NCBI GenBank assembly: GCA_040220235.1
Contig: JAVJTO010000006.1
Reading direction: 5' to 3' (one strand)
Source of the DNA: Coleofasciculus sp. B1-GNL1-01
GTDB taxonomy: Bacteria > Cyanobacteriota > Cyanobacteriia > Cyanobacteriales > Coleofasciculaceae
Length of the DNA stretch: 64,000 nt
In this document: positions 10,155 to 20,696 of the stretch, one piece after another
Layout: every line of letters begins with the position of its first letter
Numbering within the stretch: the first letter of the stretch is position 1
Notes under the pieces: model-generated
Told to the model about the DNA's origin: nothing
Database searches by the model: none
The model's input: only the letters and a program-made list of their open reading frames with translations
Translations under genes and position numbers: made by a program

Positions 10155-11240
10155 ATGGCTACCCAAATCACCAACAGTCCCGAAAAGGAAAAAGCCCTGA
10201 ACTTGGTACTCAACCAGATTGAGCGTACCTTTGGCAAAGGTTCGATTATGCGCTTGGGAGATGCCACCCGTATGAAGGTGGAAACCATCTCCAGTGGTGC
10301 AATTACTCTAGATTTAGCCTTGGGTGGTGGCTTGCCCAAAGGACGGATTATCGAGATTTACGGACCAGAAAGTTCAGGAAAGACGACTCTCGCCTTGCAC
10401 GCCGTCGCAGAAGTGCAAAAGTCCGGTGGAGTAGCCGCATTTGTAGACGCTGAACATGCCCTCGATCCGACCTACTCATCGGCGTTAGGGGTTGACATTG
10501 AAAACCTGTTAGTCTCTCAACCGGATAGCGGTGAATCCGCTCTGGAAATCGTCGATCAACTCGTGCGATCGGCGGCTGTGGATATTGTTGTGATTGACTC
10601 GGTAGCTGCCTTGGTCCCGCGTGCAGAAATTGAAGGTGAAATGGGCGATACCCAAGTGGGATTGCAGGCGCGTCTGATGAGTAAGGCGCTACGTAAAATT
10701 GCTGGGAATATTGGCAAATCGGGCTGCACTGTTATTTTCTTGAACCAGTTGCGACAAAAAATTGGGATTACCTACGGCTCTCCAGAAGTCACAACAGGCG
10801 GTAATGCTCTTAAGTTCTATTGTTCAGTCCGCTTAGACATTCGCCGGATTCAAACGCTCAAGAAAGCCAGCGAAGGGGAATATGGAATTCGCGCTAAGGT
10901 CAAGGTAGCCAAAAATAAAGTTGCGCCCCCCTTCCGAATTGCTGAGTTTGACATTATCTTTGGACAAGGGATTTCCCGGTTAGGATGTCTGGTTGACTTG
11001 GCTGAACAAACAGGAGTGATTAACCGCAAGGGAGCTTGGTATAGTTACAACGGCGATAATATTGCCCAAGGTCGTGACAATAGTGTCAGGTATATTGAAG
11101 AGAATCCTGAAATTGCCGCGACTATTGAACAACAAGTGCGCGAACAGCTTGACATGGGAGCTATGGTGTCAGCGAATTCCATCAATCCAGACGAAAACGA
11201 GGAGCAAGAGGAAGAACAAGAAAATTTTGAGGAAGATTAA
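10155..11240 (+). CDS. recA: Recombinase A
   Basis: [27 protein letters not shown] and KNKVAPP motifs; ATG at 10155. Confidence 0.98.
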   Translation: MATQITNSPEKEKALNLVLNQIERTFGKGSIMRLGDATRMKVETISSGAITLDLALGGGLPKGRIIEIYGPESSGKTTLALHAVAEVQKSGGVAAFVDAEHALDPTYSSALGVDIENLLVSQPDSGESALEIVDQLVRSAAVDIVVIDSVAALVPRAEIEGEMGDTQVGLQARLMSKALRKIAGNIGKSGCTVIFLNQLRQKIGITYGSPEVTTGGNALKFYCSVRLDIRRIQTLKKASEGEYGIRAKVKVAKNKVAPPFRIAEFDIIFGQGISRLGCLVDLAEQTGVINRKGAWYSYNGDNIAQGRDNSVRYIEENPEIAATIEQQVREQLDMGAMVSANSINPDENEEQEEEQENFEED

Positions 11241-11399
11241 GCTGAATCCCTCAAAACCTTGATAAAGGGTGCGTTACGCTTCGCTAATGCACCCTACTGG
11301 TGTGGCACAGCTAAAATGAACGTCTCGCTCGTACTCCAATCTTTCCCATTCTCTATTCCCTGTTCCCTGTTCCCCGTTTCCTATCCTCATCACAACATG

Positions 11400-11466
11400 T
11401 ATTCAGCAAGCCCTACTTAGTCCATCGGTTATTTTTCTCCGACTTATTCAGCAAGCCCTACTTAGT
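11400..11466. repeat. 22-bp direct repeat TATTCAGCAAGCCCTACTTAGT, two copies; related ends near 8393 and 52553
   Basis: Copies at 11400-11421 and 11445-11466. Confidence 0.75.
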
Positions 11467-12219
11467 TTACGGATTGGGAATTTGCCGACTGAAAAATCGG
11501 TCTAAAATTTCTGCGCGTTGATGGGAATTTAATTTAGGTAAGGCAGGTTCTCCAGATAATTCTTCTAACTTTGATAGTTCTTGCAAAAATTGCGATGTCC
11601 CTTTGTGATACTCCGCTTCAGAGCTTTTTGCTTTTGCAGGTAACTCCAAATCTTCATCTGGGGCTTTTCGTTTTGAGGATGAAGAGGGTTCTACGGAGGA
11701 AGACGCTTTGGAGGCTTTCAGTTTCGCGATAATTTCGGGAGAGGTGGGGTTGAGCTTTTGGGTGTCGTTGCAGAGGAAAAAGTAAAAGCTTAGGGTACTA
11801 AGTCGAATACAATCGCCATCTTTAAGCGATATATGTCCATGTACTGGTTCTCCGTTGACATAGGTACCATTCGTGCTTTTAAAATCGACTAGGTAATATC
11901 CTTTGTTTGGCAGATAGTAAATCGCGGCATGATGACGGGATAAGTGAGGGTCGGGAATCGATATCGCCAATTGGCGATCGCGACCGATAGTCCAAATTCC
12001 CTGCGGCTGAAACAGGGTTTGGGTTTTTCCCTCTACCAGATTGGTCATCAGACAAGGTCGCTGGCTTTGAACGATACCCGTGACAAAGCGAACTGTTCGA
12101 CTCGAGAACGTTTTATGCCCCGTTTTTTCAAGCTGGAGGATTTCATCGAGTAGACCCCGATGATACTCGTAGAGCTTCAGGAAAACCTGGTATAGACCCA
12201 ATCGTTGTTCTATTTCCAT
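11467..12219 (-). CDS. FHA domain protein
   Basis: IGR, SRHHA and STNGTYVNG FHA motifs. Confidence 0.88.
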   Translation of the reverse strand: MEIEQRLGLYQVFLKLYEYHRGLLDEILQLEKTGHKTFSSRTVRFVTGIVQSQRPCLMTNLVEGKTQTLFQPQGIWTIGRDRQLAISIPDPHLSRHHAAIYYLPNKGYYLVDFKSTNGTYVNGEPVHGHISLKDGDCIRLSTLSFYFFLCNDTQKLNPTSPEIIAKLKASKASSSVEPSSSSKRKAPDEDLELPAKAKSSEAEYHKGTSQFLQELSKLEELSGEPALPKLNSHQRAEILDRFFSRQIPNP

Positions 12220-12395
12220 AAAACGAGCCGACAATTCCTAAACAACCTAATACCCATTGATGGGAACTTTAACATTTGGATTGGTCTATCGTTTCGGATG
12301 AACTCTACAGCGTTAGAAATTTTACCTGGAGATTAAAAGAGGCAGGTTGGCTGTTGCCTAATTCAGATATCTGTCGAGTTCAAGCCAATCTTAAC

Positions 12396-12695
12396 CTATG
12401 GCTTACGCTCTGCCCGTTGTTCTAGGCGAAATAGCCAAATCATTAGGGCGACGATGCCAACTTGTAGCGCCAGATTGGGAAATGCTGTCGCCACTTCTCG
12501 ACCTGCAATTAACTGTGCCAGGAAAACGAGTCCTCCAATAAAGCCAGAGGCTGCAAATGCCACATAGATAAATTTTCTCAGTCCTCGGTAGGGCGCTTTG
12601 GCTTCAGCTTTCAGGCGAGCATATTTTTCCGGACTCATCTGTCGCGATTTGGGTTTTGACTGGGGCTGGCGATTGTTTGGGGTTGAATGGGTCAT
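12396..12695 (-). CDS. DUF3493-like small membrane protein
   Basis: RLKAEAKAPYRGLRKFIY followed by two hydrophobic helices. Confidence 0.75.
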   Translation of the reverse strand: MTHSTPNNRQPQSKPKSRQMSPEKYARLKAEAKAPYRGLRKFIYVAFAASGFIGGLVFLAQLIAGREVATAFPNLALQVGIVALMIWLFRLEQRAERKP

Positions 12696-12885
12696 GAGTT
12701 TCGTTGATCATACCTCTCTAGCTTAATGGTGACATGCCTATCCCCACCTTGGGCAGTAAAATATGCCAAACCTTGCTTTAATATAAAGAAAGGTATCTTT
12801 GGAGTGATTGGCTCACAGGGTTCATGCCATAGAAGAAAAAAGATGCAGTTACTTGCGCTAAAGCTTGCTATAGTAGTCAAGTGAT

Positions 12886-12957
12886 GCCGGTGTAGCTCAG
12901 TGGTAGAGCATTCGATTCGTAATCGAACGGTCAGCGGTTCAAATCCGCTCATCGGCT
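12886..12957 (+). tRNA. trnT: tRNA-Thr(CGT)
   Basis: Cloverleaf; anticodon arm TTCGA-TTCGTAA-TCGAA; GGTTCAAATCC T-arm; TATAGT -10 box upstream. Confidence 0.95.
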
Positions 12958-13296
12958 TCAATCAGAAGTTAAGCCAAATCCGATACAAGGGAGTTACAGC
13001 CTTAATCAGCAAGGGATTGCCCTAAACAAAGACTGGTTGACCTGCGCTTCTATGGTAGCTATTGGGGTAAAACTGGGGTAAGGTCATATTCTGGATCATC
13101 GTCTGCCTTTTGGCGAAAAGCGCGATCGCATCTCGTGTTGATTGATTAGCGTTGGTTGTATTAAAGGAAGCCTACATTCTAATCTTTGATTGAATGTAGG
13201 AGGATGTCACGAAGTTGGTTGTTGAGCTTGGGTTAATAAGGGCGCACGTCTATGCGCCCCTACTGTCTTAATGTTTGGGTTGGTGGCGTGTTTATC

Positions 13297-14598
13297 CTAT
13301 CGCTGATTACTCGCTTCTCTTTCTCGCGCCGCCTTTTGAAAAAATTGACTGTACTGTTGATGACCTTTGTGAAAGACAAAGTTTAAAGTTAAAGGCTCAT
13401 CGACATCACGAACATCACCGGGACCTTCGAGTACAACAATTTCATCGCCAGAGGTTTCATGTTGACCAATTTTCACAGGTTTGCGATTTTTGACTTCACC
13501 TTGGCTACTATCAATATAGACAATAATATTGCCTGTATTTAACTCCTGACCAATATTTTGAATCAGTTGTAAAAAGTTGCGATCGCTCCCGCCTCGACGA
13601 ACCGTTACTCGTCCCTGTATATCTTCTACAGAGCTATTTACCGTATCTCCGACACCAATCATCAGTGGCATATCTTTCGGGTCAAAATTCGCTTTAACTA
13701 ACTCCAGTAATTCCTCTAGGGTTTTTGGCGCTTGTCGCACATTAAAGTCTTCCCCTAATGGATAGGAACCCGTCCGTTGAAAATAATAACGATTTAAAAT
13801 CGCTAACACACCCGCCTCTTTAATTGCCCCTTGCAGCATAAACTGAAAATCAGTTGTGCCAGAATCTTGCGCTTGAGCTGGGCGTAAGAGTTCTTGTCCG
13901 TTTAAATCTCTGCCTAAGTTGGGAGCATAATGAACAAAAAACGAATCGCCTACCCCTTTAATCTGTGCCTCTTGTAACAGTTCTTGCATCAGATTTTGCA
14001 TGTCTTTTTGCAAATCCATATAAATTTGCGGATATTGGCGCAGTTGTTCATAAAAGGTATTCAGATTAGCACTAGGGGAAGCCTTATTTTCCAGAACAGA
14101 AGCCTGGATACATTCCTCCAAGTTTTCAATTTCTGCGGCTGTACTTTTTTGCTCAAAAAAGCGGCGTAACCGTCGTTTAATCGTCGGCGGAACTTCGGCT
14201 AAAAACTCTAATTCGGCTTCACTGACACCTGGATGAGAAACATTCCCTTGACGGTCTTGCCATTGCACACCGCCACCTGCTAGACCGGGGAGATACAGCC
14301 CCTTTGCCTTAACCTCAGCCGGATTGCCAAAGGCGCGTTCAATAATACCATTGACTCCTCGTTCTCCAATATGTTCTCCGTTAGTCAGGACATAAAAATG
14401 ACCATCAAACGCCTGGGTTGCTTTGACATAGTTTCGGTCAATCACTCGCGTTAATGGGTCTTTAACCAGTCCCATACAGACGCCATCTAAATCTTGGATA
14501 ATTAGGATATTTTCTACATTGATTAAAACATCGGCAAGGACTTCTGTCTTTAAGGATAGAGTATGCTCATGGGGAAGAAGTTGAGGAGAAGCACTCAT
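13297..14598 (-). CDS. stpA: Glucosylglycerol-3-phosphate phosphatase (salt tolerance protein A)
   Basis: IIQDLDGVCM HAD motif; LTNGEH, GTTDFQF, GVGDTV and RRGGSDR motifs. Confidence 0.9.
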   Translation of the reverse strand: MSASPQLLPHEHTLSLKTEVLADVLINVENILIIQDLDGVCMGLVKDPLTRVIDRNYVKATQAFDGHFYVLTNGEHIGERGVNGIIERAFGNPAEVKAKGLYLPGLAGGGVQWQDRQGNVSHPGVSEAELEFLAEVPPTIKRRLRRFFEQKSTAAEIENLEECIQASVLENKASPSANLNTFYEQLRQYPQIYMDLQKDMQNLMQELLQEAQIKGVGDSFFVHYAPNLGRDLNGQELLRPAQAQDSGTTDFQFMLQGAIKEAGVLAILNRYYFQRTGSYPLGEDFNVRQAPKTLEELLELVKANFDPKDMPLMIGVGDTVNSSVEDIQGRVTVRRGGSDRNFLQLIQNIGQELNTGNIIVYIDSSQGEVKNRKPVKIGQHETSGDEIVVLEGPGDVRDVDEPLTLNFVFHKGHQQYSQFFQKAAREREASNQR

Positions 14599-14644
14599 TA
14601 GTAAATCGCTGATGACAAACAGTTAATATTTTATCGTTCATAGT

Positions 14645-15199
14645 TCATCCTTCAGCGATAATCCTCTGACTCTGCCACTCTAGCAATACAGCGCGACACT
14701 GGAGACAGGTTAACTCTTGCAAAAGAGCGTGAATTCCGGTGGATGTGATTGAGTAGGTGGTTTCGACTCGGTTGGGGTTCACGGCGACTGCGGGGTCAAG
14801 TTCAGCAACGAAACCGTAGAGATATTGGTTCGAGAAAGAGCTATTAATTGCCCAGCCTGTAGAATTGAGGGGAGTTAGGTTTGCGATCGCCTCTTCAGAG
14901 ACTCCTAATTCCCGGCTTAAGATTCCGGGAACGGCGGCGATGGGGGTTTGTTCAGGATTGACTCGTCCACCGGGAAAATCCAGCGTCGCTTCTCCGACAC
15001 CAGGGCGATAGGTTGGTGCAGGAAGCAGAAATTTCCCCGCCTGAATCGTGACGATGACAACTGAATCGGCTTTTTCGACTCGCCAATACTCAAGAATTCG
15101 CCCTTGGTCATCTTGTAGGCGTTCACCGATTAGAGTAAGCCATGGGGAACAGATTTCTACGAAACGGTCTAGGGTTTGCCAGGGGCGGGGTTTATTCAT
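14645..15199 (-). CDS. NUDIX hydrolase family protein
   Basis: DFPGGR..RELG degenerate Nudix box; start moved to ATG at 15199. Confidence 0.8.
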   Translation of the reverse strand: MNKPRPWQTLDRFVEICSPWLTLIGERLQDDQGRILEYWRVEKADSVVIVTIQAGKFLLPAPTYRPGVGEATLDFPGGRVNPEQTPIAAVPGILSRELGVSEEAIANLTPLNSTGWAINSSFSNQYLYGFVAELDPAVAVNPNRVETTYSITSTGIHALLQELTCLQCRAVLLEWQSQRIIAEG

Positions 15200-15654
15200 A
15201 AAACATGGGACTTTGGACAAAAAAATAAATTTTCGTAATCTATTTACCAAGGTATTTGGGGCAGAAAAATTAGATGTAGGGGCGGGTTTAGGGACTAAAG
15301 ACAATTATCCACCAATAACGGAACAACAAAACCCGCCCTCCTCACCAATAACGGAACAACAAAACCCCCCATTCCCCCACTGAAAGACAATCGATTAATC
15401 CCAAACTGGACAACGAAACCCACCTTATCCTCAACCGCGATCGCACCAAAAAAATGTCGAAATTGGGGCAGGGCGGGTTTTGTAGAAAGGTGATTGGTGG
15501 CTGCATTAATTTGTCCCTAAACCCGCCCCTACATTGGGTTTTATCTCCCGATATCATATTTTCTGAAACTTCAAACCATTGCACCGCTATCAGAGACAAT
15601 GTATAATTACCCCCCAGCTTCCCCAGCTTTCCCAGTATTTCCACGGCTGCTGCA

Positions 15655-16968
15655 CTACAGCACTCTCAAAATACTAGGAATACTATCAACCGCTTCTAAC
15701 GCCTGAATTTCGGCTAAGGCTTTGCGGAAGTTTCCTTCCCGGACATCATGGGTGACAACCACAATTTCGGCTAACTCGTTCTGGAAGCCAATTTGTACGA
15801 CTGACTCTAAACTGACCCCATGATTACCAAAGCTAATACCCAGATGACCAATCACACTCGGTCTATCTTTGGTCATAATTCGGGCATAAAATCGAGTGAC
15901 TAATTCTGAAATTGGGGCGATGCTGCAATAGTGTTGATGGACACAACTTAATAAAGGATGCAGGTGATGGGTTTCGCCTGCCGTTTTCAACACCGCTGCA
16001 ATATTCAGAATATCCGATACCACCGCACTCGCCGTGGGACCTGAACCAGCACCCGGACCAAAGAACATCACTTGTCCCAAGGGTTCTCCTTCCACCAAAA
16101 CCGCATTGTAAACCCCATGAATACTCGCCAGGGGATGGTCTTGGGGAACCAGAGTTGGATGTACTCTAATCTGTAGCATTTCTGATTCGGGTTCACTGGT
16201 GGCAACCCTCGCCTCTCGCTTGGCTACGGCGAGGAGTTTAATCACAAACCCTAAGTTCTGGGCGTAGGCGATATCGGCGGCGCTGACTTGGCGAATCCCT
16301 TCACAGTGAACATCTTCTAACTTAATCCGTCCAGCAAAGGCTAGGGAGGCGAGGATGGCAATTTTATCGGCGGCGTCTAACCCTTCAACATCGGCGGTGG
16401 GATCAGCTTCGGCATAGCCTAATTTTTGGGCATCTGCCAGAATATCGGCAAATTCTCCGCCCTCGCTTTCCATGCGGGTGAGAATATAATTGGTGGTGCC
16501 GTTAACAATCCCGGTAATGCTGTGAATTTGATTGACGCCTAAAGACTGTTTTAGGGGTTGAATCACTGGGATACCGCCGCCCACCGCTGCTTCTAAGAGA
16601 ACATAGACGCCTTTTTCTTCGGCGGCGGTAAAGATTTCTGCCCCATAGCGGGCGATAACGGCTTTATTGGCGGTGACAATATGCTTCCCATGGGAAATGG
16701 CTTTGAGGATTAGCGATCGCGCGGGTTCTAGTCCCCCTAGTAATTCCACGATAATATCAATCTCTGGGTCAGTGACAATTGACTCCAAGTCCGTCGTCAT
16801 CACTTCAGGCGGCACTTTCACTGATCGCGGTTTATCGAGCGATCGCACGCCGACTCTATGAATGTCAATCGCTTGCAGCAGGGGATTCCGACCCGTGGGG
16901 TCTTGTAAAATTTTTGCTGTTCCCGTACCAACTGTTCCCAGTCCCAATAAACCAATTTTAAAAGCCAC
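15655..16968 (-). CDS. hom: Homoserine dehydrogenase with C-terminal ACT domain
   Basis: GLGTVG, TANKA, EAAVGGGIP, NGTTNYIL and GYAEADP motifs. Confidence 0.95.
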   Translation of the reverse strand: MAFKIGLLGLGTVGTGTAKILQDPTGRNPLLQAIDIHRVGVRSLDKPRSVKVPPEVMTTDLESIVTDPEIDIIVELLGGLEPARSLILKAISHGKHIVTANKAVIARYGAEIFTAAEEKGVYVLLEAAVGGGIPVIQPLKQSLGVNQIHSITGIVNGTTNYILTRMESEGGEFADILADAQKLGYAEADPTADVEGLDAADKIAILASLAFAGRIKLEDVHCEGIRQVSAADIAYAQNLGFVIKLLAVAKREARVATSEPESEMLQIRVHPTLVPQDHPLASIHGVYNAVLVEGEPLGQVMFFGPGAGSGPTASAVVSDILNIAAVLKTAGETHHLHPLLSCVHQHYCSIAPISELVTRFYARIMTKDRPSVIGHLGISFGNHGVSLESVVQIGFQNELAEIVVVTHDVREGNFRKALAEIQALEAVDSIPSILRVL

Positions 16969-17095
16969 AGCTATTATCCTAAAATTTTAAACATTACAGA
17001 AAAGGGGTCATCGTTTCAAGACATAATGTCAATCCTTGATCGAATTCGGCGCGAAGATCCCAACTCTAACCGTTGAGGGTTAGTGGAGAAGAATG

Positions 17096-18607
17096 TCATT
17101 CAAACCAACCTTCATCCACATAATTAATTTGGGCAAAGGGACTCAACGCCGACAACACTTGAGTGCCGTAACTGCGATGGTTAACCCGATTGTCTAATAA
17201 GGCAACAATCCCTTGAGAGTCTCGCACTGGGGCAACTGCCCGTTGTAATTCTCGCAACGCCGCAGGTAATAGATATAAGCGAAACCAGTCTAACCGTCGC
17301 TGTTTGTAGTACGCCACTTGACCTGCAACCCAAGGGTATTCTAGGGAGGGTAGGGGTAAGGTGGCAATAATTAACAGTTGGGGAGAGGGTAAAAACTGTT
17401 GCTGAGAGCGCCAGAATTCCCAACCACAAACTAGAATACCATTTTCCTCTAGCTGGGTCTTTTCCACTTGGACTCGCGACCCAAATTCAGCGGCTAAAAC
17501 TGCCCCTAACTGAGTTTTCAGAGGGACATCCCCGACTAAGATGACAATAGGTGTTTTCACCTGATGACTTGCCCCTAAAAGCGTTCGCACTTGTTGAAAC
17601 AAGGCATTTCGGAAGCGGGGCGTATTCGGCATCGGTAGCCTATCGGGTAAATAAAGCTGAATCAGTTTGCTGTGGCGGTCAGGCGAGAATTTTAAGCAGG
17701 TTAACTCTCCTAAACCCAGTTGTTGACGGTAAACCGACGCTGCTGCATCTAAATCTAGCGCCCCGCCAATTAAGACCACCGGTTGTTCTGACCAGATGCG
17801 ACTGAGGGATGTTGCTACTTCTGTGGGTTCACAATACAGGGAAAACTGACCCTGCGATCGCTCAATCGCTGCCCAGGTAAACTGATTGGATGATTGCCAG
17901 CATCGCCAAAACTGTTTCCAGGCGGGTGGCAGATAGGCAGACTCCCCACCATTTGCCGATTGTAAGACCTCAAACAACTCCTGGATGACAGCGTGTTCGC
18001 CCGATTCTATCAGATAGCAATCATAAGGATTGGCTGGACGCTCAAATAAGCGTTTGGTTAGCCGCACCCGCCTATCCCGAATCCAATCTGCCTTTTGCGG
18101 ATGGGCTAACATCAGGTCATGCCAATGTTGAGGCTGAATCGTACTCTTGAGTTGATCGCGCACCCAGTCGTCTAAATCGTCTGCTTGGTCTATGAGGGTG
18201 GGAATACCTTGAGGAAACGCCCTTTTCTCTCCTAAACGATCTGCCAACCATGCTTCGGGAGTGGTAATCAGCAGTCCTTGAAAATCCTCATCTGGGAACC
18301 TGTCACCAACGTGAATCGCCTTATTTGTACCCATCCATTCTTGCAAGCTGGGAATTTCGACCTGTAGCAGCCAGGTTTGGACTAACACAGGCGCAACAAT
18401 AATCACGGGTTCCTGCCAGATTAAAGCAGGTGCCAAGTAACTCAGACGATAGGGTTCTTGGGGACTTCCTGTTTGAATTAATGCAGAACGCCCCAAGCGC
18501 AAAGCCCGCGCTACCAGCCGCGCCATGGTTAAATGGTGGGGCCAGTTGGGTTGACCTTGCTCTCGCAGAAAGGCACGTAGAGAGGAATGGACTTCGACTT
18601 CAATCAC
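17096..18607 (-). CDS. DinG-like helicase family protein with degenerate ATPase motifs
   Basis: C-terminal LPLP..P and ALLDNR..RSYG helicase C2-like motifs. Confidence 0.75.
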   Translation of the reverse strand: MIEVEVHSSLRAFLREQGQPNWPHHLTMARLVARALRLGRSALIQTGSPQEPYRLSYLAPALIWQEPVIIVAPVLVQTWLLQVEIPSLQEWMGTNKAIHVGDRFPDEDFQGLLITTPEAWLADRLGEKRAFPQGIPTLIDQADDLDDWVRDQLKSTIQPQHWHDLMLAHPQKADWIRDRRVRLTKRLFERPANPYDCYLIESGEHAVIQELFEVLQSANGGESAYLPPAWKQFWRCWQSSNQFTWAAIERSQGQFSLYCEPTEVATSLSRIWSEQPVVLIGGALDLDAAASVYRQQLGLGELTCLKFSPDRHSKLIQLYLPDRLPMPNTPRFRNALFQQVRTLLGASHQVKTPIVILVGDVPLKTQLGAVLAAEFGSRVQVEKTQLEENGILVCGWEFWRSQQQFLPSPQLLIIATLPLPSLEYPWVAGQVAYYKQRRLDWFRLYLLPAALRELQRAVAPVRDSQGIVALLDNRVNHRSYGTQVLSALSPFAQINYVDEGWFE

Positions 18608-18872
18608 GTTAATCTCGTGTCTGAACGTTCCCAGAACTATAGACAGCTATTCTGATCTTGCCTCAATCTGAGGATGAGTCTCTTGGACTGGATTTTGGAA
18701 CTTATCTAGTTTGACATAAGAATCGAGGATTAGGTCTACCAGTGCGTTAACCCCCCAACCATTACCATTGGAGTAAGATGCAAACGATTAAGGGCGGGTT
18801 TTGTAGAAAAGTTATCGGTGTCGATGTAAAGTTAATCCCTAAACCCGCCCCTACATACAGACGCTTCTGTCA

Positions 18873-20168
18873 TCACGTCTGGAACATGACTCCCCCTGCT
18901 TCCCCTGCTTCCCCTGCTCCCCCTGCTCCCAGACGCGCCAAGGTTGCTTCCATTACCGCTGTGGTTTGCCCAGAAACAGTAAATACCACAGCTTCGCGAT
19001 AGACACGTTGGGCGGCGTGGGATTGGATATTTGCCGCGCCACTAGAAACCGTCACCGCCGCATGGGTACAGCGCCCTGCTAGGTTAATTGCCCACGCCCT
19101 TAGCTGTAGGGATTGGGGACGTTTTTTCCCTATGTAGGGGCGGGTTTCACTATTATCATTTGTTGTCACCCGGATGTTTCTAAACCCGCCCTCATCTCCC
19201 CTATCTTCCCTATCTCCCCCATCCTCGGTGTCAGCAGAATTTGCTGATAATGCTGCGATCATTGCGGCTTCACAGTCGCAGACTTCGGCGGTGAGAGCAT
19301 TAAAAGCGTTTTGAATAAATCCTAATTGCTTGCGTTGATAAGCAGCGGCAATAATATCTAATCCGGCTTTAGCACAACCTAAGGCAAAGAACCCATGATT
19401 TAATACATTTTTTCGATCCCCTGCATGAATCGCCCCGGCTTTTCTGAGGAATAAAACAGACTCGTGAGGTAAAAACCAATCCGTTAGACTAGCAGACACC
19501 GTATTCGTTGAGTTCATCGCCGCTAGCGCCATCGGTTCACTAAACGCGATCGCACGTCCAACTCCTTGGTCGGTCGAGGTAAAGGGTACAATACCATAGA
19601 GTTCTTGACCATCGGGTAATGTCGCCCCAATCACAAAATCCTCAAACAAGCCAAACCCCGTAACCCAAGGGACATTCCCGCTAATCTGATAGCCCCCATC
19701 CACAGGCGTCGCCTTGACTGGAGGATTCCCGGTGCGCCGCAGTTGGGAGAAACCCACCCCGACTAACGCCTCACCTCTCCCCATGCGGGGAAGATACTGC
19801 TGCTTTAAGGCGTCATTGTCACTTTTGGCTAAAAACCCACCCGCACTCTGATGCTGAGTTTGCAGAAATGCCAATGCACCAGAATAACGACAGACTTGTT
19901 GCTGGAAGTGAAAGAAGGTAACAGGATTCACCTCAGCACCTCCCCAATGTGGGGGAACCTTCAGCGCTAGAAGGTTGCGATCGCCTAATCCTTTCAGTGC
20001 GGTTCGTAATGCTTCCGTATCCTGATCGATCTCTGAGGCGCGAGGGGCGACAATTTCGCGCAAGTAAGCCTCCGCCACGTCTAAAAGGTTAGACGGATTC
20101 GCGATTCCCTTCGGGATAGCTTCGCTTCGTGCGTCAGGAACGCCTTGGTTCGCTGTAGTTGGTGACAT
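18873..20168 (-). CDS. Acyl-CoA/acyl-ACP dehydrogenase family protein carrying in-frame repeat insertions
   Basis: WGGAEV, QQYLPRM, SGNVPWVTG and AQRVYREA motifs. Confidence 0.85.
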   Translation of the reverse strand: MSPTTANQGVPDARSEAIPKGIANPSNLLDVAEAYLREIVAPRASEIDQDTEALRTALKGLGDRNLLALKVPPHWGGAEVNPVTFFHFQQQVCRYSGALAFLQTQHQSAGGFLAKSDNDALKQQYLPRMGRGEALVGVGFSQLRRTGNPPVKATPVDGGYQISGNVPWVTGFGLFEDFVIGATLPDGQELYGIVPFTSTDQGVGRAIAFSEPMALAAMNSTNTVSASLTDWFLPHESVLFLRKAGAIHAGDRKNVLNHGFFALGCAKAGLDIIAAAYQRKQLGFIQNAFNALTAEVCDCEAAMIAALSANSADTEDGGDREDRGDEGGFRNIRVTTNDNSETRPYIGKKRPQSLQLRAWAINLAGRCTHAAVTVSSGAANIQSHAAQRVYREAVVFTVSGQTTAVMEATLARLGAGGAGEAGEAGGVMFQT

Positions 20169-20608
20169 TAGGTAACAAACAGTTCAACAATTCCTTTCTC
20201 AGGATATCCGACTCATTGCCGCGCCCATTTGGAAGATTTCATGATACCAAAGTTAGTAGAATTTTGTGTTCAATTGCCCAAAACCTCCTCCGGTAAAACC
20301 AAAAAGACTGATTTGAAATAACTTTGTTGGTGTCAACTGTTACGCTGCGATCGCCCGTTTTGAATCAGTTCAGAGTCTGTAAATCTTGAGAAGCTCCCGA
20401 TGTTTCTAAAATATTGTCAGGGTTAGTTTCCCAAATTTCCCAGAAAACAGCAATAGGTTGTTCGGGGAGCATGGCTGATCACTCCTGTTAGAAACGTCTC
20501 AAATCTTACTGTCCAATGGCACAAAATGCCGCCCAATAGTAGGGAGACTCAAATGGCTAAGCTACAAGCCATTGAGCCGATTTTCCCTAGGGCTAGTGAC
20601 AGTTTGAG

Positions 20609-20676
20609 GTAAAGGGCGACCCGATACAATTGAGTGGATGGGTGGTGTTTATTGATGCAGGCGGGTCGCCCCTACA
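20609..20676. repeat. GGGCGACCCG..CGGGTCGCCC element; inverted near-copy at 25269-25335
   Basis: Both copies share termini and the ATTGATGCA core. Confidence 0.8.
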
Positions 20677-20696
20677 GTATATTGATCATTGGGTCG

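Noticed and set aside
11400..11466. Direct repeats with a spacer as a possible mini-CRISPR (also 15310-15367)
   Set aside because: Only two units, matching dispersed repeat families, with no cas genes or leader.
12692..12961. 89 aa minus-strand ORF
   Set aside because: It is the antisense reading of tRNA-Thr.
20367..20471. Short minus-strand ORF MLPEQPIAVFWEIWETNPD with a GGAG RBS
   Set aside because: About 35 codons with no recognisable family; it may be a decayed gene and cannot be supported.
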